IMG/VR virus record: IMGVR_UViG_3300045988_091437
Reading direction: 5' to 3' (one strand)
Source: a virus
DNA: 39,751 bases
In this document: in pieces, positions 39,697-39,751 of the stretch
Numbering within the stretch: the stretch's first letter is position 1
Layout of the letters: each line of letters begins with the position of its first letter
Notes under the pieces: model-generated
The model's database searches: none
Told to the model about the DNA's origin: nothing
What the model saw: only the letters and a program-made list of their open reading frames with translations
Made by a program: the position numbers and the translations under genes

Positions 39697-39751
39697 ATTG
39701 ACAAATATTTTTGAGTGCCATATAATATACTTATCAAGACAGCCAGTAAGG
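39697..39751. repeat. Terminal 55-bp exact direct repeat, copy 2
   Basis: Identical to nt 1-55. Confidence 0.9.

Noticed and set aside
1-39751. Searched for a diversity-generating retroelement (template/variable repeat near the fibre genes), a transposase/IS element, CRISPR, rRNA and toxin cargo.
   Set aside because: None was found by eye. There is no RT, no DDE/serine recombinase other than the tyrosine integrase, and no repeat pair near the fibre genes.

Overview
The first 55 nt are identical to the last 55 nt, so the window closes on itself. It looks like a complete circular genome (about 39,696 bp unique) of a temperate siphovirus from a Gram-positive, Clostridia/Bacillota-like host, not a piece of chromosome.

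Almost every gene is on the + strand, in the usual order:
- Switch and early genes: Cro-like switch gene, then small early genes, including a 12x hexapeptide-repeat protein.
- Replication/recombination module: SMC-like ATPase, Sak4-like AAA_24 protein, DUF669, SF2 helicase, primase/helicase, an iteron-rich putative ori, RusA.
- Late control: a DUF1492/ArpU-like late activator and an aberrant tRNA.
- Packaging and head: TerS/TerL, portal, and a MuF-like minor head protein with a DUF6883-like tail plus an untracked DUF4926-like ORF.
- Accessory island inside the head module: an orphan N6-adenine methyltransferase and a DUF2829/Tad2-like protein.
- Rest of the head, and the tail: Prp protease, scaffold, HK97-fold capsid, connectors, major tail protein, Gp15-like chaperone, a 1628-aa tape measure, Dit, Tal, two paralogous fibres.
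- Lysis: holin, an RHH plus ORF6N/M78-like two-gene island, then an amidase endolysin.
- An attP-like region follows the endolysin.

The lysogeny module is on the - strand and spans the circular junction: tyrosine integrase, an AT-rich lipoprotein, an ImmA-like peptidase and an XRE repressor.

Five items look most worth follow-up:
1. An unannotated type I toxin-antitoxin-like cassette (27-aa hydrophobic peptide plus a convergent sRNA with a consensus promoter) at 1-310.
2. A roughly 210-nt highly structured leader with an anti-SD mimic upstream of the Cro-like gene.
3. The MuF-DUF6883 fusion with its DUF4926-like partner.
4. The RHH/ORF6N-M78 module that splits the lysis cassette.
5. The methyltransferase/Tad2-like anti-defence island.

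No rRNA, CRISPR array, transposase or reverse transcriptase was seen. All family assignments come from motif recognition by eye, not from database searches.
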